A stretch of DNA of 64,000 bases from Candidatus Poribacteria bacterium (GTDB lineage: Bacteria; Poribacteria; WGA-4E; JAJDTR01): NCBI GenBank assembly GCA_965222225.1, contig CBDCTK010000002.1, positions 1-64,000 of the forward strand, given 5' to 3'. This document shows, piece after piece, positions 25,261-36,673 of the stretch (position 1 is its first letter; every line of letters starts with the position of its first letter). Made by a program: the position numbers and the translations under genes. The notes below the pieces were generated by a model. That model did not search any database, had not been told where the DNA came from, and saw only the letters and a program-made list of their open reading frames with translations.

Positions 25261-25830
25261 ATGAAAAACCTGATGATGATATTTTGTCTTATCGTCACGG
25301 CAGTTTTCATCTGGGTCTGGCATCATCAAACCCAGTTCAACGACAATTCGCGCAAAGCCCGATTTCACTTGAAAAACGGCGAACTAGAGTCAGCGGTTGA
25401 AGCCTACACAAAAGCCATCCGACACAAGAAGTACACCCTGTTTTTCACACATGCGCCATCAGTCTACAACAACCTTGGTCAAGTCTATTTGCAACAAGCG
25501 GAGTATGACAAGGCGATTGAAACGTTCGAAAAAGTAATCGAACTCAAGCCGGACGCGGTTCAGGCATACATTAACTTAGCGACAACTTATCTTAAACAAA
25601 ACCGACCCAATCAGGCCATCGAATCTTGTGAGAAAGCACTTCAAATTGCTCCGAACACGGCATTATCCCACTATAACCTCGCCTGTGCTTATGCCATCAA
25701 CGCTGAAAATCCGCAGGCAATTGACGCCCTCAGAAAGGCAGCCGAGCTTGACCCTAGAATCAAGGAATTGGCAGAGCAAGAACCCACATTCGATGCTTTG
25801 AGGGCGGACCCGCGGTATCCAGCAAACTAA
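25261..25830 (+). CDS. Membrane-anchored TPR protein
   Basis: N-terminal hydrophobic helix; TPR repeats (YNNLG..Y, YINLA, YNLACAYA). Confidence 0.88.
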   Translation: MKNLMMIFCLIVTAVFIWVWHHQTQFNDNSRKARFHLKNGELESAVEAYTKAIRHKKYTLFFTHAPSVYNNLGQVYLQQAEYDKAIETFEKVIELKPDAVQAYINLATTYLKQNRPNQAIESCEKALQIAPNTALSHYNLACAYAINAENPQAIDALRKAAELDPRIKELAEQEPTFDALRADPRYPAN

Positions 25831-26140
25831 GTTCTAAATTTGTAGCCGTACGTTGGCATTGCGTCATCGGGAAACTCTTTAGATTGGAGATGGAATCCGC
25901 TCAACGATTCAAGCCTTGTGCACGTCCTACCTTGTACATTTATGTTTGTTCGTAGAATCAAGCAAGTAGGGAACTTGGGTTCTGTTCCGAGGGGCTTGCC
26001 CACGGGACAGAGGGAGCTTGTGTTTTCCGTTAATATATCGCCGTGCCATAACTCCGAAAGCTTTATCTGCGGCAATTCCGGCGATCCGAGATAGCGATTC
26101 CGGTGTAAGTGAATCGCATAAACGTCGCACGCAAATGCGC

Positions 26141-26169
26141 TTGACGGCAAAAATGGGGCGATGTATAAT
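26141..26169 (+). promoter_or_regulatory. Sigma70 promoter
   Basis: TTGACG-N17-TATAAT. Confidence 0.75.
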
Positions 26170-26260
26170 ATCCATGTTCCAAATGCGGTAAGGGATATAG
26201 ACATTCTAACGACCTAGGAAATTGGATTAGCATTAGGTAAATCAGGAGATACTAGAAATC

Positions 26261-28171
26261 ATGACCAATTACAAATCGTCCGCTGGAAGAGTCATTTCGT
26301 ATGTAATAATAGCATCGCTGATTGCGACCTTGAGCGCGACTGCGTCGGCAAATACATGGACCTCCATCCGTGAGTCAAAATGGAAAGAGGCATTCTATGA
26401 CATATACTTTGTCGATGCCCGATTTGGCTGGATAGTCGGCTCCGGGTCTACGATTCTGCACACGACTGATGGTGGAAAGACTTGGGCCAATCAACCCAGT
26501 CATCCCTTGCCTTTCAAGAACGATCTCAAGAAGATTCGATTCATTAATCCCCAAGTGGGATGGGTCGTTGGCGAAGAAGGAACTATTCTGAAAACCGTGG
26601 ACGGCGGGGCAACATGGATGAAGCTAAATAGCGGAACGCGGGCGGCGTTGTCAAGTGTCTCTTTTGTAGACTCACAGTTTGGCTGGGCAGGCGGAGATGG
26701 TGGCGTTATCATACATACTTCCGATGGCGGAAAGACTTGGACGCGACAGAACTCCGATCGAAGAACCGAAACCAACAACGTCATTGAGGGAGTTCATTTC
26801 CTTAATCAGCAAGCGGGTTGGGTCGCCGGAGGTGCGGGTACTCTCGTCCATACGTCCGACGGAGGACAAACTTGGGTACACCAAAAGAGCGGCACCGCGT
26901 CACCCCTTGATTCTCTTTTCATGCTTAATGACCAAGAAGGCTGGGCATGCGGCGGAAACGGCGCGTTGGTCTACACCGCGGATGGCGGAAACACATGGAA
27001 AGCTCAGGCGAGCAATGTTCCTAATTCAAACGGTATGCCCGAGCCTATCTGGGACATCCACTTCATTAATTCGGTTCAAGGGCTTGCGGCTGCGGAATTT
27101 GGAGTGATTCTTCGAACAACGGATAGCGGCACCACTTGGGCATCGATCGAACCACGGCCTGTTTTCCAAAGGCTGAATGGCGTCCATCAAATCAGTCCCA
27201 CCGAGGCGTGGATTGTCGGAGACGCCGCGACGATATTGCATAGCACCAACGGTGGAGAGTCTTGGGAGATCGTGTCCAATAGCAGCGATTTGAATGCAGT
27301 TCATTTTCTCAACGATACGCATGGCTGGGCAGTGGGTGGTTCAGGCGTGGTCCTGCATACCAGCGATGGAGGCAATACTTGGGCTGTTCACGAATCGGGG
27401 GTGCCATTCAATTTGGAGGCAGTCCAGTTCTTGGATGTAAGGAAGGGGTACGCTGTCGGCGACAACGGTGTGCTTATTGAGAGTTTGGATGGAGGCACCA
27501 CTTGGAAGAACCTTTATAGCGCGAGACAAGAAGGGGGCGAAACCGAACGCCTCAGAGCAGGAACTATCTTCGATTGGAAGTTAGCAGGTGGCCATTACGA
27601 TGTGCACTTCCCAACAGTAAACGACGGGTGGGCGGTCGGGTTAAATAGCAAAGTTGTTCAAACCAATGATGGAGGGGCAACTTGGCACGGACAAAGCCTC
27701 GGGATGGAACACGATTTCGATATGCGAATTCTGAAAAGCGTCCATTTTGTTGATAATCAAATAGGGTGGATTGTCGGGCAAGGGGGCAAAGTGCTGAAAA
27801 CTACCGACGGAGGACTCACTTGGATTGCACAGGATGGCGGGTCAAGTCAACTAACCGATGTGTACTTCATCAATTCGATGCACGGCTGGATTTGTGGAGA
27901 TGAGGGGACAGTGCTGGTCACGCAGAATGGAGGTGACATTTGGACAGAGCAAACCACATCCACGACAATAGCTTTCAACAGCATACTGTTTATCAGTGGG
28001 ACGGAAGGCTGGGTCGTTGGCGAAAAGGGCACAATTCTTCACACGAAGGATGGCGGAGTAACATGGCTGCCCCAGCAGAGTTCAAGTGAAATCAGTCTGT
28101 TTCATATTACTCAGTCGCCAAATGGGACAATTTGGGCGGTTGGAGAATCAAGCGTTATTGTAAAATATTGA
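26261..28171 (+). CDS. Secreted YCF48/BNR (Asp-box) repeat beta-propeller protein
   Basis: Signal peptide; many GW.VG..G.IL.T.DGG.TW repeats. Confidence 0.92.
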   Translation: MTNYKSSAGRVISYVIIASLIATLSATASANTWTSIRESKWKEAFYDIYFVDARFGWIVGSGSTILHTTDGGKTWANQPSHPLPFKNDLKKIRFINPQVGWVVGEEGTILKTVDGGATWMKLNSGTRAALSSVSFVDSQFGWAGGDGGVIIHTSDGGKTWTRQNSDRRTETNNVIEGVHFLNQQAGWVAGGAGTLVHTSDGGQTWVHQKSGTASPLDSLFMLNDQEGWACGGNGALVYTADGGNTWKAQASNVPNSNGMPEPIWDIHFINSVQGLAAAEFGVILRTTDSGTTWASIEPRPVFQRLNGVHQISPTEAWIVGDAATILHSTNGGESWEIVSNSSDLNAVHFLNDTHGWAVGGSGVVLHTSDGGNTWAVHESGVPFNLEAVQFLDVRKGYAVGDNGVLIESLDGGTTWKNLYSARQEGGETERLRAGTIFDWKLAGGHYDVHFPTVNDGWAVGLNSKVVQTNDGGATWHGQSLGMEHDFDMRILKSVHFVDNQIGWIVGQGGKVLKTTDGGLTWIAQDGGSSQLTDVYFINSMHGWICGDEGTVLVTQNGGDIWTEQTTSTTIAFNSILFISGTEGWVVGEKGTILHTKDGGVTWLPQQSSSEISLFHITQSPNGTIWAVGESSVIVKY

Positions 28172-28908
28172 AAATAAAGCCCATTCCCATGCAATAGCAA
28201 AATTATTCCCGCATTGGAGGCGGACATACTTTTCAACCCCAGCCACAATTTGTTCGTACAGATTGTAGTAGCGCGGTGAGTTGCGATTGCCGAGTCACCA
28301 GCCGCCTAACGGTTTATCTAAGTTGGTCCTTTCATCGGGCGTTGTGGATGTCCTTCTCCGACAATGGATTGTGGAATGATGCGGCTTTCAATCTTGCCCC
28401 GCGTGGCATCGGCACTTAGAGCAATTAAATGGAGTAAAATTAACAACGTCCGGCAACTTAGTGGTTTATTCGCTAAAAGTATAAGGCATAAAACTATGTA
28501 TTTTGTAGTTTTGAAATCAGGACAATCTAAAGCAGTGGCTAGTGGTCAGTGGTTAGAATGATCCGTCCTACTTGAAGGGGCGGGTTGGCAGAGATCTCTA
28601 TCGGGATCTTCTATCGCCCTCCTTGTTCGGTCGGTTGATCTTTCCGCTCGGTTTATCCCGCCCTACCGGGGTTGTGGTACGAGTTTCTTGTGCCAGTCTC
28701 GTAAGCCTTAAGTACTTAGAAAATAAACCACTTAGGGTCTACTCATAATAGCTTTAATCGTCGGTATCATTCTAGGCGTACTTTCCTAGCGTTGTTTTGA
28801 TGCTGGTGCTAGTGTGGTGAAATTGTTGTGTGTAATCTTGAATACCCGTTTCTTAACGGGTTTAATCCTGTTGTTACACCGCAATACAAGTGAGAGGTGA
28901 ACGTCACG

Positions 28909-29192
28909 ATGGAAGAATGGATAAAGGTGATCGCACCGCTGCTAGTATTGCTAGTTTGTGGTGGAAACTCACAATCTCAATGGCTGCCAAATCCGAATTG
29001 AACACCGTGAAAACCGATCTTGAGACAAATATAGCTGAGGTGAAGGCAGACCTCAAAGCTGATGTAGCTGAGATAAAATCAGATATTACAGGCATGAGGG
29101 CAGATCTGAAGGGTGAAATTGGTGAGTTGAGGGCCGACATCAGTGAGATTCGGCAACTGCTATACAATACTGCTATACAAGAATGTTACTGA
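28909..29192 (+). pseudogene. Small membrane-anchored coiled-coil protein (CCDC90/DUF1640-like), frameshifted near the 5' end
   Basis: SD GAGG then MEEWIKVIAPLL / IASLWWKL...KTDLETNIAEVKADLKADVAEIKSDITGMRADLKGEI hendecad coiled coil. Confidence 0.5.
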
Positions 29193-29232
29193 GTCCGAGA
29201 GGTAGGAATGAAAAGCAACCTAAGAAATCGAG

Positions 29233-29300
29233 AGGTTGAAAAGTGCTGTTGAGTTCGCAATCATCAAGGTTGAAAAGTGCTGTTGAGTTCGCAATCATCA
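29233..29300 (+). repeat. Perfect 34-bp tandem duplication
   Basis: AGGTTGAAAAGTGCTGTTGAGTTCGCAATCATCA x2. Confidence 0.95.
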
Positions 29301-29369
29301 AGAAGGAGCATTCCGCGGTTTCAACGAAACCTTGTAATTTGAGCTCGTGTTTAAAGTAGGAGTTGTAAT

Positions 29370-30788
29370 ATGGACTCTGTTCCCGCTGCATCGGCTAATC
29401 CATCGACTTCATTTGATACACTTTCAAACGGAGCGTTGTCCTTGCACCGAATTGCGACCCTGCGTAAGAATTTCGAGAGCAACTCCGTTAATCGGATGGC
29501 ACAGAACGCCGTCTGCAAGGTTACCGTGGACGATATCGCGCTGAATCGTCAGGTGGTTAGCAACAGCGATTTCACATTTAGTCATGTGCTGGACGATTGG
29601 AGTGTCACCAATCAGAAGAGAAGCGGTAGATGTTGGATGTTCGCAGGGTTGAATCTTCTTCGGGTGGGTGCGATGAAGAAGATGAACCTCAAAGAGTTTG
29701 AATTCAGCCAAAACTACACGTTCTTTTGGGACAAACTTGAGCGTGCAAACTATTTCCTACAACGGATTATTGAAAGGGTAGAGTGTACCGTAGACGATCG
29801 TTCTGTAGCATGGCTACTTGAGCGACCGCTTGACGATGGGGGACAATGGACCATGTTTGTGAACCTCATCAAGAAACACGGTCTTGTGCCGCAAGCTTTC
29901 ATGCCCGAGACGGAAAGTTCCTCAAACTCGGCGAAGATGAATGGCATCCTCACACACAAGTTGCGCGAGGGAGCCAAGGCACTTCGTGACATGGCAGCCA
30001 AACATGCAAGCCTTGACGAGCTGCTGGATATAAAGGACGAGATAGTGGGTACCGTGTACCGCATTTTGTCGATTCATCTGGGCACTCCTCCTACTCATTT
30101 CGATTGGCAGTGGAACGACGCGGACAAGGCGTTCCATAGCGATGGCGTCATGACACCCCAACAGTTCGCTAAAAAGTATATCACCGTACCGATTGATGAC
30201 TACGTCTGCCTCGTCCACGACCCTCGTCCAACAAGCCCGGTCGGGAAGACTTTTACCGTCGAATGTCTTGGTAACGTTGAGGGCGGAGCTATCGTCAAAT
30301 ATCTAAACGTAGACATCGACTTGATGAAGAAGGTTGCAATGAAAACCATCATAGATGGTGAACCGGTCTGGATGGGGTGTGATGTCGGAAAAATGATGCG
30401 CTCCGATCTCGGACTTTGGGACGCAGAGTTATATGATTACGAAGCAATTTACGACACACCCCTAACTCTTGAGAAATCAGACCGACTCCAATACCATCAA
30501 ACCTTTATGACGCACGCTATGTTATTCACCGGAGTGGATGTCGTAGAAGAAGATGACCAACAGATTCCACGTCGCTGGCGCGTCGAAAACAGTTGGGGCG
30601 AGGACAACGGCAGGAAGGGATTCTACCGTATGAACGACAACTGGTTTGACGAGTACATGTTTGAGATTGCCGCGCGCAAAGACTATCTACCCGCTGAGCT
30701 ACATGCCGCACTTGATGAGGAGCCGATCGTACTACCGGCATGGGATCCGATGGGATCGCTCGCCCATGAAGCCGGGCATGTTAGATAG
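29370..30788 (+). CDS. pepC: Aminopeptidase C / bleomycin hydrolase (peptidase C1B)
   Basis: NQKRSGRCWMFA, MTHAM, VENSWG, WDPMGSLA. Confidence 0.95.
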   Translation: MDSVPAASANPSTSFDTLSNGALSLHRIATLRKNFESNSVNRMAQNAVCKVTVDDIALNRQVVSNSDFTFSHVLDDWSVTNQKRSGRCWMFAGLNLLRVGAMKKMNLKEFEFSQNYTFFWDKLERANYFLQRIIERVECTVDDRSVAWLLERPLDDGGQWTMFVNLIKKHGLVPQAFMPETESSSNSAKMNGILTHKLREGAKALRDMAAKHASLDELLDIKDEIVGTVYRILSIHLGTPPTHFDWQWNDADKAFHSDGVMTPQQFAKKYITVPIDDYVCLVHDPRPTSPVGKTFTVECLGNVEGGAIVKYLNVDIDLMKKVAMKTIIDGEPVWMGCDVGKMMRSDLGLWDAELYDYEAIYDTPLTLEKSDRLQYHQTFMTHAMLFTGVDVVEEDDQQIPRRWRVENSWGEDNGRKGFYRMNDNWFDEYMFEIAARKDYLPAELHAALDEEPIVLPAWDPMGSLAHEAGHVR

Positions 30789-30943
30789 TTTCTCATAAGA
30801 GCGAAACCGAGGCGTCTTGAGGGGCAAGAAATAATCTTGCCCCACTTTTTCGATGGCCTCTAGGAAGATTCTGTGTGTAGTTTATGAATGTTGCCTCAAA
30901 TTTAGCCTGACAAATTTCTCACTATATATTGGGAGACGTAACA

Positions 30944-32548
30944 TTGAAGAAGTCGATTGTCGCAATCATTGTAGTTATTATAGTAGGCATTGTTATCTTA
31001 AGGGTTGTTACCAAACAACGGTCTAGCACGACTGAAGTCGCTGCTTCAGTGGTATCAAAACCTGTAGAGGTGGTTCAAGCGAGACGAGCAACCATCGAGT
31101 CTGTGTTGGAATTATCTGGCACAATTGTTCCAAATTCGAGGGTAACAGTCTTTCCCGAAGTTCCCGGCAGGATTGTTGAAATGCGCGTAAACGAAGGTAG
31201 TCGTGTAAAGAGTGGTGACATAATGGTTGTTATCGATCATGACGAACTTGAACTTCAACTAGCTCAAGCGGAGGCAGCCTTCCAAGCTACTCAGACGAAC
31301 TACGAACAAGTAAAACAACTCGCGGAAGGGCGCGTCAAGTTCAAAATTGACGTTGCAGAAGCCGATGTGTCCTCCGCAAAGGCCGCTCTTCAACAGGTCA
31401 AGGATTTGGCGGAGACTCGCACCGTTTCGCAGATTGAGGGAGCGGAAGCCGGATTGACATCACTCCAGGCAAACTTAGAAAAGATAAAACGTGGAGCTAG
31501 AGAAGAAGATCGTAAACAAGCCCAAGCTTCACTCGATCAGGCTGACGCCAACTTCGCAAATGCCCAGAGCAACTATGACCGAATGCAATCACTCTTCGCA
31601 GACGGAGCAATCAGCGCGCAGTCACTCGAAGCATCACAGACACAGTTAGACGTGGCTAAAGCACAATACAATATTGCTTCCGAGCAGATTCGGCTAATCG
31701 AAAATGGCGCGCGCGCAGAGGACATTCGATCTCTCGAAGCACAAGTGCGGCAAGCGGAAGCCGCTCTTATGGTTGCACGCACTCAAATGATGACGCGCAC
31801 TTGGGAAAAAGACATCACGCTGGCTGAAGCGCAAGTCAAGAAGGCAGAAGCCAATCTATCGACAGCCAAGGATTTGAAGACCGCCAGAAGTTGGGAAGCG
31901 GAAATTCTCACGGCAGAAGCCGCCATGAAGCAAGCAAAAGCCGTATCGCGTCTCGCGCAAGAAAGATTAACCGACGCAACAATCACTGCCCCAATTTCGG
32001 GTATTGTGGCAAAACGACATCTGGATCTGGGTGGAATGGCGTCACTAACAACGCCACTTTTTGAAATTGTCGAGATGAAGACAGTTAAGGCAGTTTTCAG
32101 CGTTATCGAATCAGATCTCGGCAAATTGAAACTACAGGCACGAGCATCTATTCGGGTCGATGCTTTGGAGAATCCCGTGATGGGCGAGATTTCGCTGATC
32201 AGTCCTACGCTCGATCCATCAAGTCGTACAGTAAAGATTGAGATCCGGGTCGAAAATCCAAGTATGAATTTGAAGCCGGGTATGTTCGCTAGAGCGACGA
32301 TTCCTGTCGAGGTTCATGAAGATGCGGTTCTGATTCCGCGTTCCTCGGTGCTTGAAGATGCAAATCGCGACCTGCGGAGCGTTTTCGTCGTTGCCGAGGG
32401 CCTGAGCAAACGGCGGACAATTGAGATTGGGCTATCAAAAGGCAGTGATGTTGAGGTAACCCAAGGGCTTGTTGAAGGAGATACAGTGGTTATTGCCGGC
32501 CAGCATGCTTTGACAGATGGTGAAAGCGTCACAGTGGTCGCCCCTTAG
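30944..32548 (+). CDS. Efflux RND/HlyD-family periplasmic adaptor with an extended coiled coil
   Basis: N-terminal TM, lipoyl halves (V..G.I....V.EG..VK.G; ITAPISGIV), LKPGMFA. Confidence 0.9.
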   Translation: MKKSIVAIIVVIIVGIVILRVVTKQRSSTTEVAASVVSKPVEVVQARRATIESVLELSGTIVPNSRVTVFPEVPGRIVEMRVNEGSRVKSGDIMVVIDHDELELQLAQAEAAFQATQTNYEQVKQLAEGRVKFKIDVAEADVSSAKAALQQVKDLAETRTVSQIEGAEAGLTSLQANLEKIKRGAREEDRKQAQASLDQADANFANAQSNYDRMQSLFADGAISAQSLEASQTQLDVAKAQYNIASEQIRLIENGARAEDIRSLEAQVRQAEAALMVARTQMMTRTWEKDITLAEAQVKKAEANLSTAKDLKTARSWEAEILTAEAAMKQAKAVSRLAQERLTDATITAPISGIVAKRHLDLGGMASLTTPLFEIVEMKTVKAVFSVIESDLGKLKLQARASIRVDALENPVMGEISLISPTLDPSSRTVKIEIRVENPSMNLKPGMFARATIPVEVHEDAVLIPRSSVLEDANRDLRSVFVVAEGLSKRRTIEIGLSKGSDVEVTQGLVEGDTVVIAGQHALTDGESVTVVAP

Positions 32549-32646
32549 CGGCGGTGAAGGGCGAGACTTGAAGAGACAAATCCGCGCCAACTCTCTCGCG
32601 ACGAGTATGACGTTTGCTTAGAGGAGTGCAAGAGGTGTGAATCGTC

Positions 32647-34128
32647 ATGAGTACGGAGGACCTCCTAAAAGGCGGCCAGCCCATAAAAATAGAGCACATT
32701 TCCGGCCCCGAAATCAAACCCCATGAGATTCTCGAATTTGAGTCAATGCTACGGTTTCAAGACGAGCAACTGTTTGGCGAATCCGGCTTTGAAAAGAGCG
32801 GAAAAGTTGTCATTACGAGAGCACCCGCGCGGTTGGATGTCATGGGCGGGATTGCCGACTACTGTGGAGCAAATGTCGCCGCATTGACGCTTGAACACGG
32901 AGCAGTTGTTGGCTGTCAAGTACGGGAAGACAGACAGCTCAGAGCGCTAAGCCTCGGAGTTGATAGTCACTCATTGCTGGGATTGCAGATTTCTGTAGAA
33001 GAATTCTATGACCGAGGACATCTCAAGTCGTATAATCAGATCCGTCAACTCTTCGCACGAAATCCCAAAACAGCGTGGACAGCATATGTGCTCGGAGGTT
33101 TTTACGTTCTGCTGAAGGAGGGCAAGATCAAGCGGCTGCCGCACGGGGCCACGATCGCAATTAAGAGCAGCATCCCGATGCGAGCAGGAATCGCGTCATC
33201 CGCCGCGATTGAAGTGGCGATGCTAACAGCTACCAACGCCGTTTATGAATTGCGAATGGACGCGAAAGAAATCGCTCGAGTTGGACAGATTGTCGAAAAC
33301 CGCGTTGTTGGTATGCCCTGTGGACCGATGGACCAAATAACTTCCGCTTCCGGAGAGCGGGGGGCAATTCTCGCCATCTGCTGTCAATCCGACCCTGTTC
33401 TTGAAGCCATGTCCCTCCCCTTTAGGACGAGGGTGATAGGTATACACAGCAAGGTTAAGCGCCCATCAAATGCCGCTTATATTGATGTTCGCACCGCCGC
33501 GTTCATGGGGTTGACAATCCTTCAAAAAGAATTGAATATTGAGAAACTACGGAATAATTATTTGTGCAACCTCTCCGTGCAGGAGTTTCGGCGGAGATAT
33601 CGAAGTTACTTGCCTGCCCGGATGAAGGGCCAACATTTTCTCAATCGGTACGGTGGAACGGTGGATTCGGCGACAGAAGTCAATCCCCAAAAAACTTACT
33701 ATGTGCGAAGCCGCGTTGAACACCCAATTTATGAACACGCTCGCGTTGGGAAGTTTTTCCGATGTATTAAAGATGCCGCTGCCGACGCCGAAAATGTGAA
33801 GACTCACTTAAAAGACGCGGGAAAACTTATGTACGCTTCGCACTGGAGTTATCGGTATCGCGTAGGACTCGGATCGCCCCAAATTGAGCAGATTGTCAAT
33901 TCAGTCCGCAAAATCGGGATCGAAGGAGGGTTCTATGGTGCTAGAATTACGTCCGGCGGCAGCGGCGGGACAGTTGCAGTGCTCTGTCATGGAAACATCT
34001 CTAGCGGGTTGATCCAAATCCTTGCCGCTTACAAGTTGGCTTGGGGACTTGAAGCGGAGGTCTTCTATGGTACGGCGCTCGGCGCATGCCAAACCGAGCA
34101 CACTGTGTTGCACCTTTCCAAGGCGTGA
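32647..34128 (+). CDS. GHMP sugar kinase (galactokinase/L-arabinokinase-like)
   Basis: RAPARLDVMGGIADY, IPMRAGIASSAA, PCGPMDQ, GARITSGGSGGTV. Confidence 0.88.
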   Translation: MSTEDLLKGGQPIKIEHISGPEIKPHEILEFESMLRFQDEQLFGESGFEKSGKVVITRAPARLDVMGGIADYCGANVAALTLEHGAVVGCQVREDRQLRALSLGVDSHSLLGLQISVEEFYDRGHLKSYNQIRQLFARNPKTAWTAYVLGGFYVLLKEGKIKRLPHGATIAIKSSIPMRAGIASSAAIEVAMLTATNAVYELRMDAKEIARVGQIVENRVVGMPCGPMDQITSASGERGAILAICCQSDPVLEAMSLPFRTRVIGIHSKVKRPSNAAYIDVRTAAFMGLTILQKELNIEKLRNNYLCNLSVQEFRRRYRSYLPARMKGQHFLNRYGGTVDSATEVNPQKTYYVRSRVEHPIYEHARVGKFFRCIKDAAADAENVKTHLKDAGKLMYASHWSYRYRVGLGSPQIEQIVNSVRKIGIEGGFYGARITSGGSGGTVAVLCHGNISSGLIQILAAYKLAWGLEAEVFYGTALGACQTEHTVLHLSKA

Positions 34129-34279
34129 CACGAGTCAAGCTATAGGTATTACTTCTCCAAGTGATTAATTTCTCCTCCAAGAGGGAAAACGCTTGTAGCG
34201 CAAGGATGTTGAAGTATTCTCCCGCCTCTGACAACAAATGTCCCGTTGTTGAAGCAATCAAGCCAAATGGTGCATACTC

Positions 34280-35347
34280 ATGAAATACAATAAATGCGTG
34301 TTTACGCTAGTAAGCTTGCTAGTCTTGACTCTTGCTATCATTCCAAAATTCGCCCTCGCCGAGGATGGTAGTCATGCCGCGGAATTTCTCAGCCACGGTG
34401 TTGGAGCGAGAGCCTTGGGAATGGGAAGCGCCTTCGTGTCAATCGCCGATGACGCGACCGCAGCCTACTGGAATCCGGCGGGGCTTGCGAAGGTTGAAAA
34501 GCACGCATTCTCTATTATGTATTCGGACTCCTTCGGAGCAGGGGAGGGAGGCCTTCTCAAGAAGGGCATTGTAGAATATAATTTCGTCAACTACGTGCAT
34601 AAATTCAGCGGGTTCGGGAGCATCGGGATTAGTTGGATCCGGCTAGGCGTTGATGATATTCCACTTACGACATTCACGGATACCAACGGCAATGGCCTCG
34701 ACGATGATTATCTGGAGTTGGATGGGATATCCGGTAAGAGCGAGAACGATGGTCAATACTTTGAGCCGCCAACCGTGACGGGCTATTTCAGCAACACAGA
34801 TAATGCCCTACTTATTTCCTATGCGCGGAAGGTTGGCCCAAAACTCTCCATTGGCGCGAACTATAAACTCCTCAAACAGTCAATCTTTGAAAACGCGGGA
34901 TCCGGAAACGGTCTTGATGTCGGTTTTATAGCAGGTCCCTTCGTTGGCTTTCACATCGGTGGGATGCTAGAAGATGCAACCGGCACTCAAGTTCGTTGGG
35001 ATACCAGTACCGAACCGACCTTTACACGTAGTCCTAGATTTAGGTTCGGCGCTTCGTATCAACGCATGCTGCCCGTAATCGGAGATGTAACAGTTGGTGC
35101 AGACGTGCAGATGAATCAAGAAGACCTTGATCAGGAGAATGAATCGAGCGGCACACTCTTCCGCTTGGGGGCGGAATACTGGCTACTAAACGTCGTTGCT
35201 TTTCGTGTAGGCATTGAGGCCGAACAATTGGCGTTAGGCGCCGGATTGCGTCTCAAAATGGGAGAGGCGACGATGTTTGCAGATTATGCTTTCAACGCCC
35301 ACGACATCGGTAATTCGCAACGGATTTCGATTTCGGGCATCTTTTAA
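34280..35347 (+). CDS. PorV/PorQ-family outer-membrane beta-barrel
   Basis: Signal peptide, FLSHGVGARALGMGSAFVSIADDATAAYWNPAGL, C-terminal Phe. Confidence 0.82.
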   Translation: MKYNKCVFTLVSLLVLTLAIIPKFALAEDGSHAAEFLSHGVGARALGMGSAFVSIADDATAAYWNPAGLAKVEKHAFSIMYSDSFGAGEGGLLKKGIVEYNFVNYVHKFSGFGSIGISWIRLGVDDIPLTTFTDTNGNGLDDDYLELDGISGKSENDGQYFEPPTVTGYFSNTDNALLISYARKVGPKLSIGANYKLLKQSIFENAGSGNGLDVGFIAGPFVGFHIGGMLEDATGTQVRWDTSTEPTFTRSPRFRFGASYQRMLPVIGDVTVGADVQMNQEDLDQENESSGTLFRLGAEYWLLNVVAFRVGIEAEQLALGAGLRLKMGEATMFADYAFNAHDIGNSQRISISGIF

Positions 35348-35976
35348 TTCTCAGGTTTTTACCTCCCTTCTCGTACTATACTCATAACTCATATATCAAA
35401 ATGTGGCGTGAAAACAGCAAATCCCCAAAGGGACTCTAACCCGTGTTCCGATTCACCCTGATGCACAGAAAACTTCCTAAGTGTATACATTTACGAAACT
35501 CCCTGCCTTTTCTGTTTGAACGTTTCAAGCCGATCCCAGTCCCTCCGCCGAACAACGCAGACAACGTGAAAGCGCCAACGTTTCCCATGTATCGCCAGAT
35601 CATCACTCAAACGCGATTCATCCTCATCCTATCCTGCCAGTCATTCTATCAAGCCAAGTGGCAGCAAATCTCCCTAACGTAATCAGTGGTTAGATTTATT
35701 CCAAGTCCGTCAAGATTACCGTTCATACCGCCTCGTCAGACATTTTGCCAACATCGTTTGAAGGTCAAGAAACGGGGTTGAAAGAAATCAAGGAGGTATT
35801 ATTAACCGACGATGTTCATATATATTGTGTTAACATCATAAATAAGATACTATATACTGACACTATGATATATACCGTTAGCTATGGTTTCGTCTGTCTA
35901 ACACGCTCACAGTCCAGATATAGTATGTCAATGAAAATCATACGCCAAATAACTCGCACCAAAAGTAATTATTTTC

Positions 35977-36005
35977 TTGACAAAATCCACATGTCTGCTT
36001 ATAAT
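35977..36005 (+). promoter_or_regulatory. Consensus sigma70 promoter upstream of the TonB-receptor locus
   Basis: TTGACA-N17-TATAAT. Confidence 0.85.
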
Positions 36006-36198
36006 GTTTCTAGGATTTAACAAAGTAGCGCTTTAATCGACCATCCCCCATGATCTACGGTCAGTAGAAATGTTCCGACTCGAATCGAAGTCGGCTAAAA
36101 TGTCAATTCATTTTCGCTAACGCAATTAATGAGTCCACAGTCCAAATTCTCAAGGTTTGAAGAGGCACTGACATTGAAAACAACGAAAGGAATTGAAC

Positions 36199-36673
36199 AT
36201 GAAAGAGTGGTATTGTCCTAAACTTACGATTCTGGTGGTTAATATTCTCGCTATTATTCTCCTTACGTCTATTGCTGTGGGATAGGAGACCACCGAAAAG
36301 ATGAGTGCGGAATCCGATGAGGGAGAGACCGAAGAGGTGATTGACATTGAAGGTCTCGCAATTATCGGCTCTCGTCTGCAAGCGCGATCAGTGGAAGATT
36401 CCGCACTACCTATTGATATTCTTGGATCGGATGAGTTCATCAAGCAAGGAGGGACTGATTTGCGGTACCTCATGCGAAACGTCGTCCCGTCGTATTATGT
36501 CAATAACGATTGGCGTTCAAAATGTCCTGAATGTCAAACCGGACAATGTCACTTCTTCAGAACCTGATATTGAGAACTTTACCTCTCAAATCGTCGGAAG
36601 GCCTTTTGGCGAATACAGTCCATACGGGTTTGGAGGTGCGTTCTGGTACGCCAAGTATAACTACAACTTCTAA
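36199..36673 (+). pseudogene. TonB-dependent receptor remnant (nonsense codon plus large internal deletion)
   Basis: Signal peptide, TAG at 36283, plug start (IIGSRLQARSVEDSALPIDIL...VVPSYYVN) joined to the barrel C-terminus (TIGVQNVLN...YSPYGFGGAFWYAKYNYNF); paralog of the next gene. Confidence 0.85.

Noticed and set aside
28200-28880. Possible gene or IS remnant in a long intergenic stretch
   Set aside because: No recognisable motif or terminal repeats beyond the repeat families already listed
36283-36285. TAG as pyrrolysine or readthrough
   Set aside because: It aligns with the Gln codon after the signal peptide in the paralog, and the gene is internally deleted
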